64,000 bases of DNA from Acidobacteriota bacterium (GCA_965203535.1 OZ241897.1:2828714-2892713), one strand, 5' to 3'. Counted from the first letter of the stretch, positions 1 to 10,640 are shown. Translations and numbers: made by a program. Notes: generated from the letters alone by a model not told the origin.

Positions 1-1192
1 CCTCCTTGATCAGAGTCCGGACCTTGCTGGCCTTGAGGTAGTACGCATCGTAGTACCCGGCGCTCAAGACGTAGGTCCCGATCATGATCCGCCGCTTGAC
101 CTCGTCTCCGAAGCCTTCGTTGCGGCTGTTCCGGTAGGTTTCCTCCAGGGATCCGGCACTGCGGCTGCGGTGGCCATATCGCATGCCATCGTAACGAGCC
201 AGATTCGAACTCGCCTCGGCCAGGGCAATGATGTAGTAGGTGGCGATCGCGAACTCCGTATGGGGCAGATCGACCTCCACGACCTCGCACCCGGCCGCCG
301 CCAGCTTGGCTGCCGCGGCCCGGACCGCGGCTTCGATCCGCGGGTCCAGACCCGAAGAGAACCACTCCGCCGGAAGACCGATCCTCAAGCCCCGGATATC
401 CCCTTCGAGGCCCGCCACGTAATCGTCCACCGGGCGCCGCGCGGAGGTCGAGTCCATCGGATCGTAGCCCGACACGACCTGCAGAATCATGGCCGCGTCA
501 CGTGCGGTACGGGCCAGCGGCCCAATCTGGTCCAGGGAGGAGGCAAAGGCCACCAGTCCGTAGCGCGAAACCCTTCCGTAGGTCGGTTTCAATCCCACGA
601 CTCCACAGAAGGCGGCCGGCTGGCGAATCGATCCGCCGGTGTCGCTCCCCAGGGCGCCCGGAGCCTCCAGTGCGGCCACCGCCGCGGCCGACCCGCCGCT
701 GGACCCGCCGGGGACCCGGTTCAGATCCCAGGGATTGCGGGTCGGGAAGAACCCCGAGTTCTCGGTGGTGGAACCCATGGCGAACTCGTCCAGGTTGGTC
801 TTGCCCAGGATCAGCCCTCCGTCGGCCCGGAGTCGGGCGACCGACGTGGCTTCATACGGGGGAACGTAATGCTCCAGAATCCGGGACCCGCAGGTCGTCC
901 GCATTCCCCGGGTGACGATGTTGTCCTTCACCGCCAGGGGAATCCCGGTCAACAGGCCGACCTCCCGTTTCCCCGAGGTCAGGGACCGATCCAGAGTCCG
1001 GGCCTCCTCCAGCAGAGCTTCCGCACTACGGCTGATGAAAGCCTGGACCTTGGGGTCGCGGGACCGGATTCGCCGCAGGTAGGCTTCGGCGATTTCCACC
1101 GGCGAGATCTGCCGCTTCCTGATCCCCCGGTGCAGTTGGGCAATGGACAGATCGCAGATTTCACACGCCGGAAGGGATGCCTCGCGTTCCAT
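1..1192 (-). CDS. gatA: Glu-tRNA(Gln) amidotransferase subunit A, N-terminal ~397 codons; 3' end runs off the window
   Basis: Manual minus-strand translation from ATG at 1192: [39 protein letters not shown]... Amidase signature [10 protein letters not shown] near nt 690-720. ATGA overlap with the gatC stop. Absent from the ORF track (no stop in window). The + ORF 170..1333 is its antisense shadow. Confidence 0.9.
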   Translation of the reverse strand, partial: MEREASLPACEICDLSIAQLHRGIRKRQISPVEIAEAYLRRIRSRDPKVQAFISRSAEALLEEARTLDRSLTSGKREVGLLTGIPLAVKDNIVTRGMRTTCGSRILEHYVPPYEATSVARLRADGGLILGKTNLDEFAMGSTTENSGFFPTRNPWDLNRVPGGSSGGSAAAVAALEAPGALGSDTGGSIRQPAAFCGVVGLKPTYGRVSRYGLVAFASSLDQIGPLARTARDAAMILQVVSGYDPMDSTSARRPVDDYVAGLEGDIRGLRIGLPAEWFSSGLDPRIEAAVRAAAAKLAAAGCEVVEVDLPHTEFAIATYYIIALAEASSNLARYDGMRYGHRSRSAGSLEETYRNSRNEGFGDEVKRRIMIGTYVLSAGYYDAYYLKASKVRTLIKE

Positions 1193-1488
1193 CACTCGAT
1201 GACCCTGGGCACTCGGAAGTACCCCTTTCGTGCCTTGGGCGCCCCCTCCAGGACGGCCTCCGGCGCCAGCGAGGGCCGGTTCCGGTCGGGACGAACGGCC
1301 CCCGCGGACGGGATCTCCGCCAAGCCATGGTAGGTCGGCTCCACCCCTTTCGTGTCCACCTGCCGGAGTTGTTCGAAATAATCCAGAATCCGTTGAAATT
1401 GGCCGACGAACCGTTCCAATTCAGCGGGGGAGAATTCGAGATGAGCCAACTCGGCGATTCGCCGGACTTCCTTGGGAGTGATGCTCAT
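1192..1488 (-). CDS. gatC: Glu-tRNA(Gln) amidotransferase subunit C (98 aa)
   Basis: Internal Met of ORF 1192..1704: [41 protein letters not shown], typical GatC. ATGA overlaps with ribF upstream and gatA downstream. Confidence 0.9.
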   Translation of the reverse strand: MSITPKEVRRIAELAHLEFSPAELERFVGQFQRILDYFEQLRQVDTKGVEPTYHGLAEIPSAGAVRPDRNRPSLAPEAVLEGAPKARKGYFRVPRVIE

Positions 1489-2441
1489 GGGGCCCTCTTC
1501 GCGAGAATCGAATCCGATTTCCTGCCATATTTTCGGGCCATCCGCACATCGGATCCGAGTTGCCGTTTCAAGGCTTCCAGGCTGGAGAACCGCCTTTCCG
1601 AGCGCAGCCTGTACCAGAAATCGAGCGTCATGAACTCTCCATACAGATCGCAGTCCGCATCCAGCAGGTAGGTTTCGACCACCGGCTTGTCCGCAGGCTC
1701 GCACAATGTGGGCCGGTAGCCTACATTAGTGGCGCCGACAAAAACAGCGCCGTTGACCGTCGCTCGAGTCACGTAAACTCCGGTCGCCGGTATGAGCTCG
1801 CTGGCCGGCTGAAGATTCGCCGTCGGGAATCCCAGGTCCGCGCCCCGGCCCGATCCCCTCACCACCGTACCCAGAATCTGGTAGGGCCGGTTCAGGAGGC
1901 GCCGGCAGAGCGCCACCCTCCCTTGGCCCAACAGCTTGCGGACGACCGTGCTGCTGATGCGTTGTCCCCGAAAACGAACCGAATCGATGGCATGGACATC
2001 AAACCCGAACTTCCGCCCCAGGGATTCCAGGGTCTTGAAATCGCCCGCTCTCCCGTAGCCGAAACGAAAGTTGCTTCCCACGTGGATCTCTCTTACGGCA
2101 TCGGATCCCAGGACATCCCGGACGAAACGTTCCGGACTGAATCGGGAGAGCTGCCGGCTGAAGGGGAACCGAACCAGGACGTCCAGACCCAACTCTCCGA
2201 GGAGACGATTCTTCTGCGCCGGCAACTGCAGGAGCGAAGGCGCATCCGCGGGCGAAATGATTTTCTGAGGATGAGGCGTGAAAGTGAGGAGTATCCCGGT
2301 CCCGTTCATTTCTCGAGCCCGCTGAACCACCCGTTTGACAATCGCCTGGTGCCCCAGGTGGAGTCCGTCGAAAACTCCGATCGCGGCCACCGGATACGGT
2401 AACTCGGGAGGAAGGTTCTTCAGGTCGTCAACGATCTGCAT
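1485..2441 (-). CDS. ribF: Bifunctional riboflavin kinase / FMN adenylyltransferase
   Basis: 318 aa. N-terminal AIGVFDGLHLGHQAIV nucleotidyltransferase motif and C-terminal riboflavin kinase region (GFPTANL...). Confidence 0.9.
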   Translation of the reverse strand: MQIVDDLKNLPPELPYPVAAIGVFDGLHLGHQAIVKRVVQRAREMNGTGILLTFTPHPQKIISPADAPSLLQLPAQKNRLLGELGLDVLVRFPFSRQLSRFSPERFVRDVLGSDAVREIHVGSNFRFGYGRAGDFKTLESLGRKFGFDVHAIDSVRFRGQRISSTVVRKLLGQGRVALCRRLLNRPYQILGTVVRGSGRGADLGFPTANLQPASELIPATGVYVTRATVNGAVFVGATNVGYRPTLCEPADKPVVETYLLDADCDLYGEFMTLDFWYRLRSERRFSSLEALKRQLGSDVRMARKYGRKSDSILAKRAP

Positions 2442-2480
2442 GTTTCTTCGCGATGGGGGAGGCCGCGGTGGCGACTCGAG

Positions 2481-3233
2481 TCATACCTCCAGGACCAGGC
2501 CGTCATGGGCCAGACTGACTGCATCCGGCAGGTAGGCATTCCCCTCGTCGTGATCCACCTCGTGGCAGATGTGGATCAGATAGGTTCGCTCGGGCCCGAT
2601 GCGAGCCGCCGCCTCGACCGCTTCGGGCAGACTGAAGTGCGTGGGATGACTCTGATACCGAAGGCCGTCCAGCACCAGGCACTCCACCCCTCGGAGACGC
2701 TCGAAGCTGCTGTCCGGAATGTAGCTCACATCGGTCAGATAGGCGAAACTCCCGATCCGAAAACCCAGGACCGGCATTCGGCCATGCATGAGGTCGATGG
2801 GCTCGATCTCCAGGTCGCCCACACGGAACCTGCCGGCAACCGGAATCAACTCGACGCTGGGAACGCCGGGATAACCCTTGCCGTCGAAGAGGTGCCGAAA
2901 GGTCACCGCGATCTCTTTGAGCGTGGCCTCACTCCCGTAGGCGGGCACCGTTCGCTCCGACCACATGTTGAACGGGTAGACGTCATCGAGTCCGAGAATG
3001 TGGTCCACGTGAGAATGGGTGTAGAGGAGGGCGTCGAGGTGACGGACTCCGTACCGAAGCATTTGGACGCGGAAGTCGACGGAAGTATCGATGACCAGTG
3101 TCACCGTTCCCTGGATCAGAAGCGAACTGCGCAGCCGATGGTTCTTCGGATTGTCCGACAAGCAAACCTTGCAGTCACATCCGATGACGGGAATCCCGCG
3201 GGAGGTCCCGGTTCCGAGAAACGTCACCCGCAT
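2481..3233 (-). CDS. MBL-fold metallo-hydrolase (PhnP-like)
   Basis: 250 aa. HSHVDH metallo-beta-lactamase motif. N-terminal FLGTGTSRGIP...CDCKVC as in PhnP-type hydrolases. Confidence 0.8.
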   Translation of the reverse strand: MRVTFLGTGTSRGIPVIGCDCKVCLSDNPKNHRLRSSLLIQGTVTLVIDTSVDFRVQMLRYGVRHLDALLYTHSHVDHILGLDDVYPFNMWSERTVPAYGSEATLKEIAVTFRHLFDGKGYPGVPSVELIPVAGRFRVGDLEIEPIDLMHGRMPVLGFRIGSFAYLTDVSYIPDSSFERLRGVECLVLDGLRYQSHPTHFSLPEAVEAAARIGPERTYLIHICHEVDHDEGNAYLPDAVSLAHDGLVLEV

Positions 3234-3664
3234 TACAGCTTGATCGACTTGGACTGCCTCATCACACCCATCTGCATCTCGTAGATCAGGCCGTCCAACA
3301 GCTTCGACTCCTCATTCGACAGATTCCCCCGAGTCTTTTCCCTCAGCACCGTCAGGACTGCGATCATCTGCCGGGCGCCAGGAAGATTCTCCTCTCTCTT
3401 TCCGGATACGGGGTCGGGAATGGCGCCCAAATGAACCATGCCGGTGGTGGCCAAAGACAGGACGAAGCCGGAAAAATCGATCTCCGCTTCAGCGGATGCC
3501 GCTTCTGGCCCGGGAGGCCGCGACTCCCTGGCGTCCGTCTGGGCCGGGCCTTCCTCCACGTCCGTCGCCGCCTTCTCCGGAGGTTCCGGCCGCAACTCTC
3601 CATCCTCGGAGAAGATCCTTCGATCATGAACCTTGAATCCTCCCTGGTCTGAATCTGCCGTCAT
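3233..3664 (-). CDS. DUF1844-like small acidic protein
   Basis: 143 aa. The FSGFVLSLATTGMVHLG segment followed by a conserved C-terminal helix resembles DUF1844. Recognition is from memory only. Confidence 0.6.
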   Translation of the reverse strand: MTADSDQGGFKVHDRRIFSEDGELRPEPPEKAATDVEEGPAQTDARESRPPGPEAASAEAEIDFSGFVLSLATTGMVHLGAIPDPVSGKREENLPGARQMIAVLTVLREKTRGNLSNEESKLLDGLIYEMQMGVMRQSKSIKL

Positions 3665-3750
3665 GAATCCACCCCCTCTCCGCCGGTTACTTCGGCAACA
3701 GCACTGGTACCCGCGTGCCGAACAGCGGTCAACCCGAATTTCTCACCGGG

Positions 3751-4785
3751 TCAAGGCTGAAGGATGACCTTCGTCAGGCCAGGCTCGCGCGAGTACAGCC
3801 TGTCGAACATTTCCTGACCGCGCTCCAGCGGGACCGAGGCGCTCAACACCGGCCGCACCCGGATGGCGCCGCGCCGCATCATGTCCAGACAGGCGGGGTA
3901 GTCGTTGGACGACGCGCACGAGCCGAGCACGTCGATTTCGCGGGTCACGACGCTCTGCAACCCGAATCCGACGGTCGGCGCGATATTGCCGATCAGGACG
4001 ACCCTGCCTCCCTTGCGCACGCTGTCGATCGACATCGCGACGGTGTCGCCGATCCCCACGGCCTCCATGACCAGGTCCGCCCCGAGCCCGCCGGTCATCT
4101 CCCTCACCACCGCGGGCACGTCCGTACCGTCGCCGGACTGAATGGTCTCGTCCGCTCCGAGCTCCTTCGCCAGCCGCAGGCGGTCGGCCGCCAGGTCGAC
4201 CGCGAAGATCCGGCCGCAGCCCGCGCTGCGCAACGCCTGCATCGTCAGCAGACCGATCATCCCCGCTCCCACAACCAGCGCCTGGTCTCCCAGAGCCGGC
4301 CTGGCGCGCGCGACGGCATGCACGGCGACGGAGACGGGCTCCACCATGGCAGCCTCGTCGAAGCTGACCCCGTCCGGCACCCGGAACATGACGTGGTCCG
4401 GCACGGCCACGTATTCGGCAAACGCCCCGTGGCGCCGATAGTCATCGCACGAGACGCCGAGCACGCGCCTGTCCTCGCAGAGGTTCGGCCGGCCGGCCCG
4501 GCAGAACACACAGTTCCGGCAACAGATCATGGAGTCAAAAGTGACCCGTTCGCCGGGGTCGAAGGCGCGTACTCCGTTTCCCACCTCTGCGACCACGCCC
4601 GAAGCCTCGTGGCCCATGATCACCGGCGGGATCCGGCGCCCCGAGCTTCCGTCATAGCCATGCACGTCGCTTCCGCAGATCCCGCACGAGCGCACCCGGA
4701 CCAGCACCTCGTTGGGCGCGGCATCGGGGTTCGGGACGTCCATCAGGTCCAGCTTCTTGTATTCGTTCAGGACGAGCGCTTTCAT
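3751..4785 (-). CDS. Zinc-dependent alcohol/polyol dehydrogenase (MDR family)
   Basis: Start at internal Met (MKALVLNEYKK). GHEASG zinc motif, C-x2-C-x2-C structural zinc site, GAGMIG Rossmann motif. ATGA overlap with the mazG stop. Confidence 0.85.
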   Translation of the reverse strand: MKALVLNEYKKLDLMDVPNPDAAPNEVLVRVRSCGICGSDVHGYDGSSGRRIPPVIMGHEASGVVAEVGNGVRAFDPGERVTFDSMICCRNCVFCRAGRPNLCEDRRVLGVSCDDYRRHGAFAEYVAVPDHVMFRVPDGVSFDEAAMVEPVSVAVHAVARARPALGDQALVVGAGMIGLLTMQALRSAGCGRIFAVDLAADRLRLAKELGADETIQSGDGTDVPAVVREMTGGLGADLVMEAVGIGDTVAMSIDSVRKGGRVVLIGNIAPTVGFGLQSVVTREIDVLGSCASSNDYPACLDMMRRGAIRVRPVLSASVPLERGQEMFDRLYSREPGLTKVILQP

Positions 4786-5666
4786 TGCTGCTCGGCGCCG
4801 GCAGATCCCAACTCCCCTTTCTGACTCTGCCACTGCCGCTCCATTTCCTCCGGCTCCACCTCCGCCAGTGGCCTCCCCTGTCGAGCGAAATGCTCTTCCA
4901 TGCTTCGATAACGACGGGAAAATTTTCGGTTGGCCCGGCTCAAGGAAGTTTCCGGGTCGACCTGGAGAAAACGAGCCACGTTTATGGCGGCGAAGAGAAA
5001 ATCACCGACTTCTTCCCGGATCCCCGTTTCGTCGCGCGCGCGGACGGCGTCCGCCAACTCCTGGAACTCCTCCGTGACCTTGCCTCCCAAGGCCTCGAGA
5101 CTCGGCCAATCGAAGCCCACTCGCGCGGCCTTGGCCGACATCTGGTAGGTAGCGTATATGGCCGGCAGCCGATCCGGCAAGGAATCCATCAGAGACTTCC
5201 GTTCCTCGTCCTGGCCCCGGTCCTCCTTCTCTCCGGCCTTGATTCGTTCCCATTCCCTCAACAACTCGTCGCTCGAATCGAAACGAGCCTGCCCGAAGAC
5301 GTGGGGATGCCGGCGGACCATCTTCTGGTGGATGCTCCTGCAGACGTCGTCGATATCGAACTCGCCTCTCTCCTTGGCGATCCGGCTATGAAAGACGATT
5401 TGCAGCAACAGGTCTCCCAACTCGTCGCACAGCGCCGCCGGAGACGACCAGTCCAACGCCTCCAGGACCTCGTAGCTCTCTTCGATCAGCATCGCCTTGA
5501 GGGTTTCAGGAGTCTGCTCCTGATCCCACGGGCACCCACCCGGCCCCCTCAGCGTATCCATCAGCTCCACGAGCTTCCGAAAATGAGGATGGCGGACCGG
5601 ATTCCTGGTGTCGTTGTCAGCTGACGGTTCGGAACGGACCGCGTTTTGCGGATCGACCGCCGTCAT
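4782..5666 (-). CDS. mazG: Nucleoside triphosphate pyrophosphohydrolase MazG
   Basis: Internal Met (MTAVDPQ). Tandem MazG repeats: CPWDQEQT...EESYEVLEA and a second EEVGDFLFA repeat. ATGA overlap with the rng stop. Confidence 0.85.
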   Translation of the reverse strand: MTAVDPQNAVRSEPSADNDTRNPVRHPHFRKLVELMDTLRGPGGCPWDQEQTPETLKAMLIEESYEVLEALDWSSPAALCDELGDLLLQIVFHSRIAKERGEFDIDDVCRSIHQKMVRRHPHVFGQARFDSSDELLREWERIKAGEKEDRGQDEERKSLMDSLPDRLPAIYATYQMSAKAARVGFDWPSLEALGGKVTEEFQELADAVRARDETGIREEVGDFLFAAINVARFLQVDPETSLSRANRKFSRRYRSMEEHFARQGRPLAEVEPEEMERQWQSQKGELGSAGAEQQ

Positions 5667-7480
5667 TTTCCAATCACCTCGAACTGTTCGATCTGAAGCA
5701 GCGGGTCCGGCTTGACCCGAACCTTCTGGCCCGTCAGCTTCTTGATTTCCTTGAGCACCAGGTTCTCCCCTCCCCGCAGCGCCTTCCCGATCTCCGGATG
5801 GCAACGAATGGTCATCGACTTGGCGTCCGGAGAGAGGGGAAGCATGCTCTGCACCTGGTGATGAACGGAATAGCAGACGGTGCGGACGGAACGGGTCAGG
5901 CCGGTGCCCTCACAGACCGTGCACTTTTGCGAAAGCGTCCTCTCCAGGGACTGCTTGTCCCGTTTCCGGGTCAGCGCCACCAAGCCGAACTCGTTGAAAT
6001 CGAGCACCTTGAAAGGAGCCTTGTCCTTGGACAACTCCCTGCGGAGCGCATCCAGGACCTGCCGCTGGTTCGAGCTGTCGGACATGTCGATGAAATCGAT
6101 GATGATGATTCCGCCGATGTTGCGGAGCCGGATCTGGCGGGCCAGCTCCTTGACGACCTCCAGGTTCGTCCGGGTGATGGTGTCTTCCAGAGAATCGGTC
6201 TTGCCGACGTAGCGCCCGGTGTTGACGTCGATGGCGACCAGCGCCTCGGTCTGATTGATCACGATGTGACCGCCGCTCTTCAACCAGACCTTCGGGCGCA
6301 ACGCCTTTTCGATCTCCACGTCGATCCCGTAGTCCTGGAGAATATCCGCGTCCTTGGAATAGAGCTTGATTCGCGAGGCCAGTTCGGGACTCAGACGCCG
6401 AACCATCTCCAGAGTTTTCTCGTATTCCTCCTCATCGTCGATGTAGACATGGCGAAAGTCCGCAGAAAGGTAGTCCCGCACCACCCTTTCCGAGAGGCTC
6501 GGCTCGGCGTAGACGAGCGCCGGCGCCGCCATCCGCCGACCCTTCCTCTTGATTCGGTCCCAGAGCCGGGTGAGGTATTCCATATCACGACGCAACTCCT
6601 CCTCCGAACGGTTCTCCGCCACCGTTCGCACGATGAAGCCGCCCCTGGTGAAATCGCGCCGCAACTCACGGATCAGTCTCTTCAAACGCCGCCGTTCCTC
6701 CTCGGACACGATTCGCCGGGAGACACCAACGTGGCTGACGGTCGGCATATAGACCAGGTACCGGCCGGGAAACGCCACATGGGAGGTAATCCGGGACCCC
6801 TTCCGGCCGATCGGCTCCTTGGCAACTTGAACCAGAATCTCCTGGTTCTCCTGGAGCACCCTCCCGATGGGCAGATGAGATGCAGTTCCGCCGCCCCGCC
6901 GCTTACGGTTTCGTTTTCGCCGATTCGAATTTCCAGCGGCACCGTTGGACTTGCCGCCGCTCGACCCGGCCGCGCCTCGCGCAGGAGAATCGAATCCGCT
7001 CAACCACTCGGGAAGGATGGTGGGAGACCAACCCGCAGCGCCCCCGCCCATGGCAACGCTATCCGGACCGATACCGGGATCGAGGGAGATTCGCCCCGGG
7101 AGAATTGAAGCCCGGACCGATCCCTCCCGTGAGATCTCATTCCGGCCGGCCCCGGCCGCCAGCGGTTCGGAGGTTGTTGCCCCTCGACCTTCGGCGGCCA
7201 CCCAGTCGGCGTCAGCCTGCGACTCGAAACCCACTTCGACATCGGGATACTGCTCCTCAAGAAAATCGGAGACAAAAAGAAACGCACCGCGGCCCAGGCC
7301 GATGTCCACAAAGGCCGCCTGCATACCCGGCACGATCTTGGTCACGCGGCCCTTGTAGATGTTGCCCAGTATCCCTCTGGTCTTTTCCCTTTCGATGAAG
7401 ACTTCGACGACCTTGCCGTCTTCGAGCAGTGCAATCGTCATCTCGAGCGGAGTCGAGCCGATGATGAGTTCCTTGATCAT
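5663..7480 (-). CDS. rng: Ribonuclease G/E family endoribonuclease with an expanded S1-domain insertion
   Basis: 605 aa. GNIYKGRVTKIVPGMQAAFVDIGL S1 motif, the EILVQVAKEPIGRKGSRIT segment, and a catalytic core IIIDFIDM. Confidence 0.85.
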   Translation of the reverse strand: MIKELIIGSTPLEMTIALLEDGKVVEVFIEREKTRGILGNIYKGRVTKIVPGMQAAFVDIGLGRGAFLFVSDFLEEQYPDVEVGFESQADADWVAAEGRGATTSEPLAAGAGRNEISREGSVRASILPGRISLDPGIGPDSVAMGGGAAGWSPTILPEWLSGFDSPARGAAGSSGGKSNGAAGNSNRRKRNRKRRGGGTASHLPIGRVLQENQEILVQVAKEPIGRKGSRITSHVAFPGRYLVYMPTVSHVGVSRRIVSEEERRRLKRLIRELRRDFTRGGFIVRTVAENRSEEELRRDMEYLTRLWDRIKRKGRRMAAPALVYAEPSLSERVVRDYLSADFRHVYIDDEEEYEKTLEMVRRLSPELASRIKLYSKDADILQDYGIDVEIEKALRPKVWLKSGGHIVINQTEALVAIDVNTGRYVGKTDSLEDTITRTNLEVVKELARQIRLRNIGGIIIIDFIDMSDSSNQRQVLDALRRELSKDKAPFKVLDFNEFGLVALTRKRDKQSLERTLSQKCTVCEGTGLTRSVRTVCYSVHHQVQSMLPLSPDAKSMTIRCHPEIGKALRGGENLVLKEIKKLTGQKVRVKPDPLLQIEQFEVIGK

Positions 7481-7711
7481 TGCACCCTCGAGAAACGTTC
7501 CCGCAACGGGACCGGCGAACCGAACGCCGCCGCCTGGCGCGCTCCGCCTCGACTCTGCCTTTGGCCGCTTCGACGCCTCCCGCGCCCGCTCATTATACCG
7601 TCAATACTCGCGCCTCCGTCCTTCCGCCGGATCGCATGACTTTCAGCATGAGAATCAGCAGCTGCCGGAACGGATCTGTGCGCGGCGACGGGGGGGGATT
7701 GGCCCGGAGGA

Positions 7712-8797
7712 TCAGTTGACGTAACTCTGAGACTGGGCGCTGAGCGCGACACCCAGAGCCGCGAAGGTGACGATGGTGAAGGATCCCCCGTAGCTGAGAA
7801 GAGGAAGGGGGATGCCGATCGGAGGCAACAGCCCCAGTGTCATTCCCACGTTCACCAGAACGTGGGAGGAGATCATGCAGACCACACCGGTGACCACCAG
7901 GATCACGGTCCTGTCGCGCGCCTCGACGGCGATGCGAATCAGCCTGCTCAGAACCAACAGGTACAACAGCAAAATGGTTCCGGCGCCGATCAGGCCGGTC
8001 TCCTCGGCCAGGAGCGCGAAAATGAAATCCGAGTGAATCTCCGGGACAAAACCGAAGTGGCTCTGGCTGCCCTGCCCGATCCCTCTCCCGAATACGCCGC
8101 CTGACCCAATGGCGATCTGGGATTGCCGAGTCTGGTAGCCAACGCCCTGAGGGTCCAACTCGGGATCGAGCGTGGTCAGGATTCGCTGCTTCTGATAGTC
8201 CTTGAGGTAGATCCATACGGCGGGGGAGGCACACAGAAAGGCGACCATGGACCAGACCAGGACCCGTTTCCGGAGGCCCGACACCACGACAATGCCCAGC
8301 ATGATCGGCAGGTACATGAGCGCCGTTCCCAGATCGCCTTGAAGAACGACGAGAACCATGGGAACCAACGTCAGAAAGCCCACCTTCAGGAGCTGCCACG
8401 TCCCGGGGTGCCTTCGGTTCATGCCGGCCAAGGACTTCGCAAGCGTCAAGAGGACCGCCAGCTTGCCCATCTCGGACGGCTGAATATGAATCGGACCCAG
8501 GACCAGCCAGCTCCGGCTGCCGTTGATTTCGGAACCGTAAATCAGAACCAGAACCAGGAGCGCCAGGCCGGCGCAGTACCAGACCGGGGCATAGTTCGTG
8601 TACAGCCGGTAATCCAGGCTGACCAGAACCGCACAGAGGCCGATGCCCAGGCCGATCCAGACGAGTTGCCGGAAAAAGAGCCCGCTGGATCCGGGTTCCG
8701 CTGCACTGTAGACGCCCACGCCCCCCATCAGCGAGAGCGCCAATACCAGAAGCAGCAAGACGGGGTCCAGACCCGTGAGAAAACTCCGCCGTATCAT
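7712..8797 (-). CDS. rodA: Rod shape-determining protein RodA (SEDS family)
   Basis: 361 aa polytopic membrane protein of the FtsW/RodA family, immediately downstream of mrdA with an overlapping stop/start. Confidence 0.9.
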   Translation of the reverse strand: MIRRSFLTGLDPVLLLLVLALSLMGGVGVYSAAEPGSSGLFFRQLVWIGLGIGLCAVLVSLDYRLYTNYAPVWYCAGLALLVLVLIYGSEINGSRSWLVLGPIHIQPSEMGKLAVLLTLAKSLAGMNRRHPGTWQLLKVGFLTLVPMVLVVLQGDLGTALMYLPIMLGIVVVSGLRKRVLVWSMVAFLCASPAVWIYLKDYQKQRILTTLDPELDPQGVGYQTRQSQIAIGSGGVFGRGIGQGSQSHFGFVPEIHSDFIFALLAEETGLIGAGTILLLYLLVLSRLIRIAVEARDRTVILVVTGVVCMISSHVLVNVGMTLGLLPPIGIPLPLLSYGGSFTIVTFAALGVALSAQSQSYVN

Positions 8798-10620
8798 GGG
8801 TGCTGATGCCCCGCCATTTCCACAACCCTGTCGGGACTCCGTTTATCGTGGAACACCTGCAGAATTTTCGCCGCGATCGGAGCGGCCACGGCTCCGCCCG
8901 AGCCGCCCGCTTCCACCAGGACAACCACGGCGACCTCGGGGAACTTCTGGGGAGCAAAACCCACAAACCAGGCATTGGCGGTGAAGCGGGAGGCCTGCTC
9001 CGCCTCAAGCTTCGAGAGGCCCGCCCGGCCGATGGTCTGCGCCGTTCCCGTCTTCCCGCACACGTCGAAGCCGTTGACCTGAGCGGCGCGACCGGTGCCA
9101 TACCGATTCACCACCTCCCACATGGCTTCCCGCACCAGATCGAGATTGCCACTCGAGATCTCAATTGCAGACGCGTTTCTTGCCGGCTGCCTCTTGGGAA
9201 GCTGGTTCCGGGCCAGGTGCAGGGGAGCGGCAGATCCGGTGGCCAGGATACCGACCATCCGGGCCAGTTGAAGTGGTGTCAGGTGGACCGGACCCTGACC
9301 GATGGAGACGGAAACGGTTTCCCCCCGGTACCACTTCTGCCGGAAGGTCCGCTGTTTCCACTCCTTGGACGGGACCAATCCGGCAACCTCGCCCACCAGG
9401 TCGATCCCGGTCGGCCGATCGAGACCGATGGCATGTCCGAAACCGGAGATCAGATCGATGCCCAGGCTCTTTCCGAGCTGGTAAAAGTACACGTTGCACG
9501 AGCTGCGGATCGCTTCCCGCAGCGACACCGTTCCATGCCCACCCTTTTTCCAGCAGTGGAACTGATGCCCGTACAGAGTCACTCCGCCGTTGCAAAAATA
9601 GGACCGGTCGGGATCGACGTCCCCCCATTCCAGGCCGGCGAGCGCCACGACCAGCTTGAAGACCGACCCCGGCGCAAACGTACTCTGGACCGCCCGGTTC
9701 TGGAGCGGGTGGTGCTCGTCCCCGACGAGACGGTCCCATTCGCTCCGGCTGATTCGGGCTGCAAACCGGTTCGGGTCGAAAGCCGGCTGGCTCACCATGG
9801 CCAATATCTCGCCGTTTCGGGGATCGAAGGCAACAACCGCTCCCCGCCGGCCGCCGAGTTGCCCTTCCGCCGCCATCTGGAGATCAAGGTCAAGCGTGAG
9901 CTCAAGCGCGGCTCCCTCCTCGGGAGGAACCTGCCCCAATTCGTCGATGGTGCGTCCCAGACTGTCGACGAGTATTTTCCGGGTGCCGTTCCGGCCGGCC
10001 AGATGACGATTGTAGACCCGCTCGACGGCGTACTTCCCGACGATGTCGCCGGCCCTGAAATCGGAAAACTCCGAGGTCTCCAATTGAACCTTTGACGCCT
10101 CGCCCACGTAACCCAGGACATGTGCGGCCAATTCACCGTACGGGTACGACCGTCTCGGTTCGGCCAGAATATCCAACTCGGGATGCTCGCCTTTCCGGGA
10201 GAGGAGATAGGCCACCTCCGCCATGGTCAGGCTCTTCTTGACCACCAGCGGTTGATACGGAGAATAGCCGTCGGTCACGGCAAGGCGCTGCTCCAATCTC
10301 TTTCGGTCAAGACCAAGTCCCTGGGCCAGAAAGTCCGCGGTGGCCTGCAGATTCGCCGCCTCGCTCCGGTAACACACCAGGCTGAACGAGTTCACGCTGC
10401 TCGCCAGGACCCGCCCCTCGCGATCGTAGATCACTCCGCGGGGGGCCCGGATGGGGACGGTACGAGCGCGGTTGCGCTCCGCCGCCACGCTGTGTTGCGT
10501 GAAATCGACTACGGTCAGATGCCAAAGCTTCAGGAACAGTCCCAGAAACAAAACGAAGAGAAACCGTTGGATCCACTTGAGGCGAAGCCGGCAGAGTGAA
10601 TTGTCCTGATAGATGGGCAT
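8794..10620 (-). CDS. mrdA: Penicillin-binding protein 2 (elongasome transpeptidase)
   Basis: 608 aa. N-terminal TM helix, SxxK (SVFK), SCN and KTGT transpeptidase motifs. Located between mreD and rodA. Confidence 0.9.
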   Translation of the reverse strand: MPIYQDNSLCRLRLKWIQRFLFVLFLGLFLKLWHLTVVDFTQHSVAAERNRARTVPIRAPRGVIYDREGRVLASSVNSFSLVCYRSEAANLQATADFLAQGLGLDRKRLEQRLAVTDGYSPYQPLVVKKSLTMAEVAYLLSRKGEHPELDILAEPRRSYPYGELAAHVLGYVGEASKVQLETSEFSDFRAGDIVGKYAVERVYNRHLAGRNGTRKILVDSLGRTIDELGQVPPEEGAALELTLDLDLQMAAEGQLGGRRGAVVAFDPRNGEILAMVSQPAFDPNRFAARISRSEWDRLVGDEHHPLQNRAVQSTFAPGSVFKLVVALAGLEWGDVDPDRSYFCNGGVTLYGHQFHCWKKGGHGTVSLREAIRSSCNVYFYQLGKSLGIDLISGFGHAIGLDRPTGIDLVGEVAGLVPSKEWKQRTFRQKWYRGETVSVSIGQGPVHLTPLQLARMVGILATGSAAPLHLARNQLPKRQPARNASAIEISSGNLDLVREAMWEVVNRYGTGRAAQVNGFDVCGKTGTAQTIGRAGLSKLEAEQASRFTANAWFVGFAPQKFPEVAVVVLVEAGGSGGAVAAPIAAKILQVFHDKRSPDRVVEMAGHQHP

Positions 10621-10640
10621 GACTACCGATGGACCTCTAC

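Noticed and set aside
4782-5666. mazG as a hint of a mazEF toxin-antitoxin or defence context.
   Set aside because: It is the housekeeping tandem-domain NTP pyrophosphohydrolase. It is translationally coupled between rng and a dehydrogenase, and no mazE/mazF-like small ORFs are nearby.
7481-7711. Possible ncRNA or autoregulatory 5' UTR in the 230-bp rodA-rng spacer. On the minus strand there is a TATAAT at 7597..7592.
   Set aside because: There is only a lone -10-like hexamer with no -35 and no clear conserved structure that I could fold by eye. That is too weak to call.
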